From a virus: DNA of 19,627 nucleotides. Positions 18,713 through 19,627 of this stretch are shown in pieces (position 1 is the first letter of the stretch; each line of letters starts with the position of its first letter). The translations under genes and the position numbers were made by a program. Below the pieces are notes generated by a model, which did no database searches, was not told where the DNA came from, and worked only from the letters and a program-made list of their open reading frames with translations. Location of the stretch: positions 1 to 19,627 of IMG/VR virus record IMGVR_UViG_3300045988_014604. The stretch is one strand, 5' to 3'.

Positions 18713-18790
18713 AAGATCTCCTATATCATACCAAAAACGACGACAACACCAAAAACGCATACGCAGATAATGAGGACAGAAGCGAACATA

Positions 18791-19045
18791 TCAATTCTCC
18801 TTTTCAACACGCTTGGCAAGCAAAAACGTAACCGGAGGTGTGTCCTTCACGAGCTTCATACGAGAGAGTGTGACATCATACTTGCCGGATACTTCTTTGC
18901 GAACGTGAGACTTAACACCTCGAAGAGTTCTGTTCTTCCCAATGTCCAGCATGTAAAAATCATCAATATCCGTGAAGAAAACAACAGCTGTCCTAGCCCA
19001 CCAACTGATAACTATCACGGTATTCATTTTATTTGCCATCATCAT
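18791..19045 (-). CDS. Early small protein, 84 aa; paralog of the ITR-adjacent gene
   Basis: AGGAGGGGAGA precedes an ATGATGATG start, which overlaps the upstream stop as ATGA. From Met7 the protein aligns without gaps to the product of 19042..19272 (MNTV..WW..F.D..G..T..G.K..R.E). Confidence 0.6.
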   Translation of the reverse strand: MMMANKMNTVIVISWWARTAVVFFTDIDDFYMLDIGKNRTLRGVKSHVRKEVSGKYDVTLSRMKLVKDTPPVTFLLAKRVEKEN

Positions 19046-19272
19046 TCTCCCCTCCTGTTGGCCTGATAGTAGTCAACGGAACCGTCCGTCCGCCAATACT
19101 TCAGGTTGGACAATTCCACGCCCGTCTCCCTACGCAATTCACGGCGCATGCGCTCCTTTGCGCCCTTGACGGTAACGACGTTACCCAACGAGAAATAGTG
19201 CGCGGTATTGTAGTCAATGAATGCCACTGTGATGGACTTGTTCCACCAATCAAACGAAACAACGGTGTTCAT
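19042..19272 (-). CDS. First early gene, 76 aa; promoter, RBS and ATG lie inside the right ITR
   Basis: The ATG at 19272..19270 is the mirror of the left-end ATG at 356..358 and has the same RBS. The 24-aa N-terminal extension in the track ORF is ITR read-through from a TTG. Confidence 0.6.
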   Translation of the reverse strand: MNTVVSFDWWNKSITVAFIDYNTAHYFSLGNVVTVKGAKERMRRELRRETGVELSNLKYWRTDGSVDYYQANRRGE

Positions 19273-19305
19273 TTTATTTTCCTTTCCCTTGAACTTGATA
19301 ACTAC

Positions 19306-19314
19306 ATCATAACA
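19306..19314 (-). promoter_or_regulatory. Early-operon promoter, extended -10 TGtTATGAT (mirror of 314..322)
   Basis: This is the ITR mirror copy. It lies about 34 nt upstream of the ATG at 19272. Confidence 0.45.
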
Positions 19315-19489
19315 CAAACAAAACAACGACACGCCCGAAAACAAAACAAAGCAAAAAAATAAAAGACAGCTACCGACCGGCCGATAGCTACGGTTACGTT
19401 ACCGTAACTTAGTCAAACACAGATTGTTGTATATACAACCATTGACACAGTGTCAATAAAAAAAACGACACGCCCTAAATAAAAAAAAC

Positions 19490-19518
19490 TTGACAGGCAA
19501 GCGCAAAAAAAATATAAT
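19490..19518 (+). promoter_or_regulatory. Consensus promoter facing the right genome terminus (mirror of 110..138)
   Basis: The plus strand reads TTGACAggcaagcgcaaaaaaaaTATAAT. About 100 nt remain before the genome end. Confidence 0.5.
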
Positions 19519-19627
19519 AGAGGCTTAAACAAAACAAAGTAACAACGAGGTCACAGAACAAAAAAAAATAATACACAAATAAAAAAAACCACAAGGGAAA
19601 ATCTTCACACAAGTCCACACCCCTCCC

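Larger units (their letters stand above)
19269..19627. repeat. Right inverted terminal repeat (ITR-R), 359 bp
   Basis: This is the exact reverse complement of 1..359. Confidence 0.95.

Noticed and set aside
1-19627. Terminal inverted repeats could mark a transposon or insertion element.
   Set aside because: No transposase is present. The content is a complete phi29-type virion, replication and lysis gene set with a protein-primed polymerase. The repeats are therefore the ITRs of a linear phage genome.
1-19627. I searched for a lysogeny module, tRNAs, a CRISPR array and known defence or anti-defence genes.
   Set aside because: I found no integrase, repressor, recombinase or cloverleaf-like sequence, and no array of regularly spaced repeats. 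The gene set is that of a small virulent phage.

Overview
This window looks like a complete 19,627-bp linear genome of a phi29-like, protein-primed podophage (Picovirinae/Salasmaviridae type) infecting a Gram-positive host. The two ends are perfect 359-bp inverted terminal repeats (ITRs). All genes but one lie on the minus strand. Read right to left they form: (1) an early operon of small ORFans; (2) a replication module of a phi29 p6-like DNA-binding protein, a p5-like SSB, a putative terminal protein and a family-B protein-primed DNA polymerase; (3) a roughly 170-nt non-coding unit with its own promoter and terminator; (4) a late operon in phi29 gene order: scaffold, major capsid with Ig-like domains, tail knob, portal, lower collar, fibre/appendage genes including a GDPD-domain fibre, a CHAP tail lysin, the gp16-type packaging ATPase, holin, a small 2-TM protein and a CHAP-SH3b endolysin. 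One small gene at the left end is on the plus strand. I found no integrase, repressor, tRNA or CRISPR. Most plus-strand ORFs in the supplied track are shadow ORFs. Two 58-aa genes fall below the track cutoff and were found by hand translation. The most interesting items are: the candidate packaging RNA; the ITR architecture (an outward-facing consensus promoter, an internal promoter-terminator cassette, and a shared start codon for two unrelated terminal genes); a DNA polymerase with non-canonical residues at several conserved motifs; three consecutive fibre genes sharing one N-terminal anchor motif; and a duplicated CHAP module. All homology statements come from motif recognition and remembered phi29 sequences, not from database searches.
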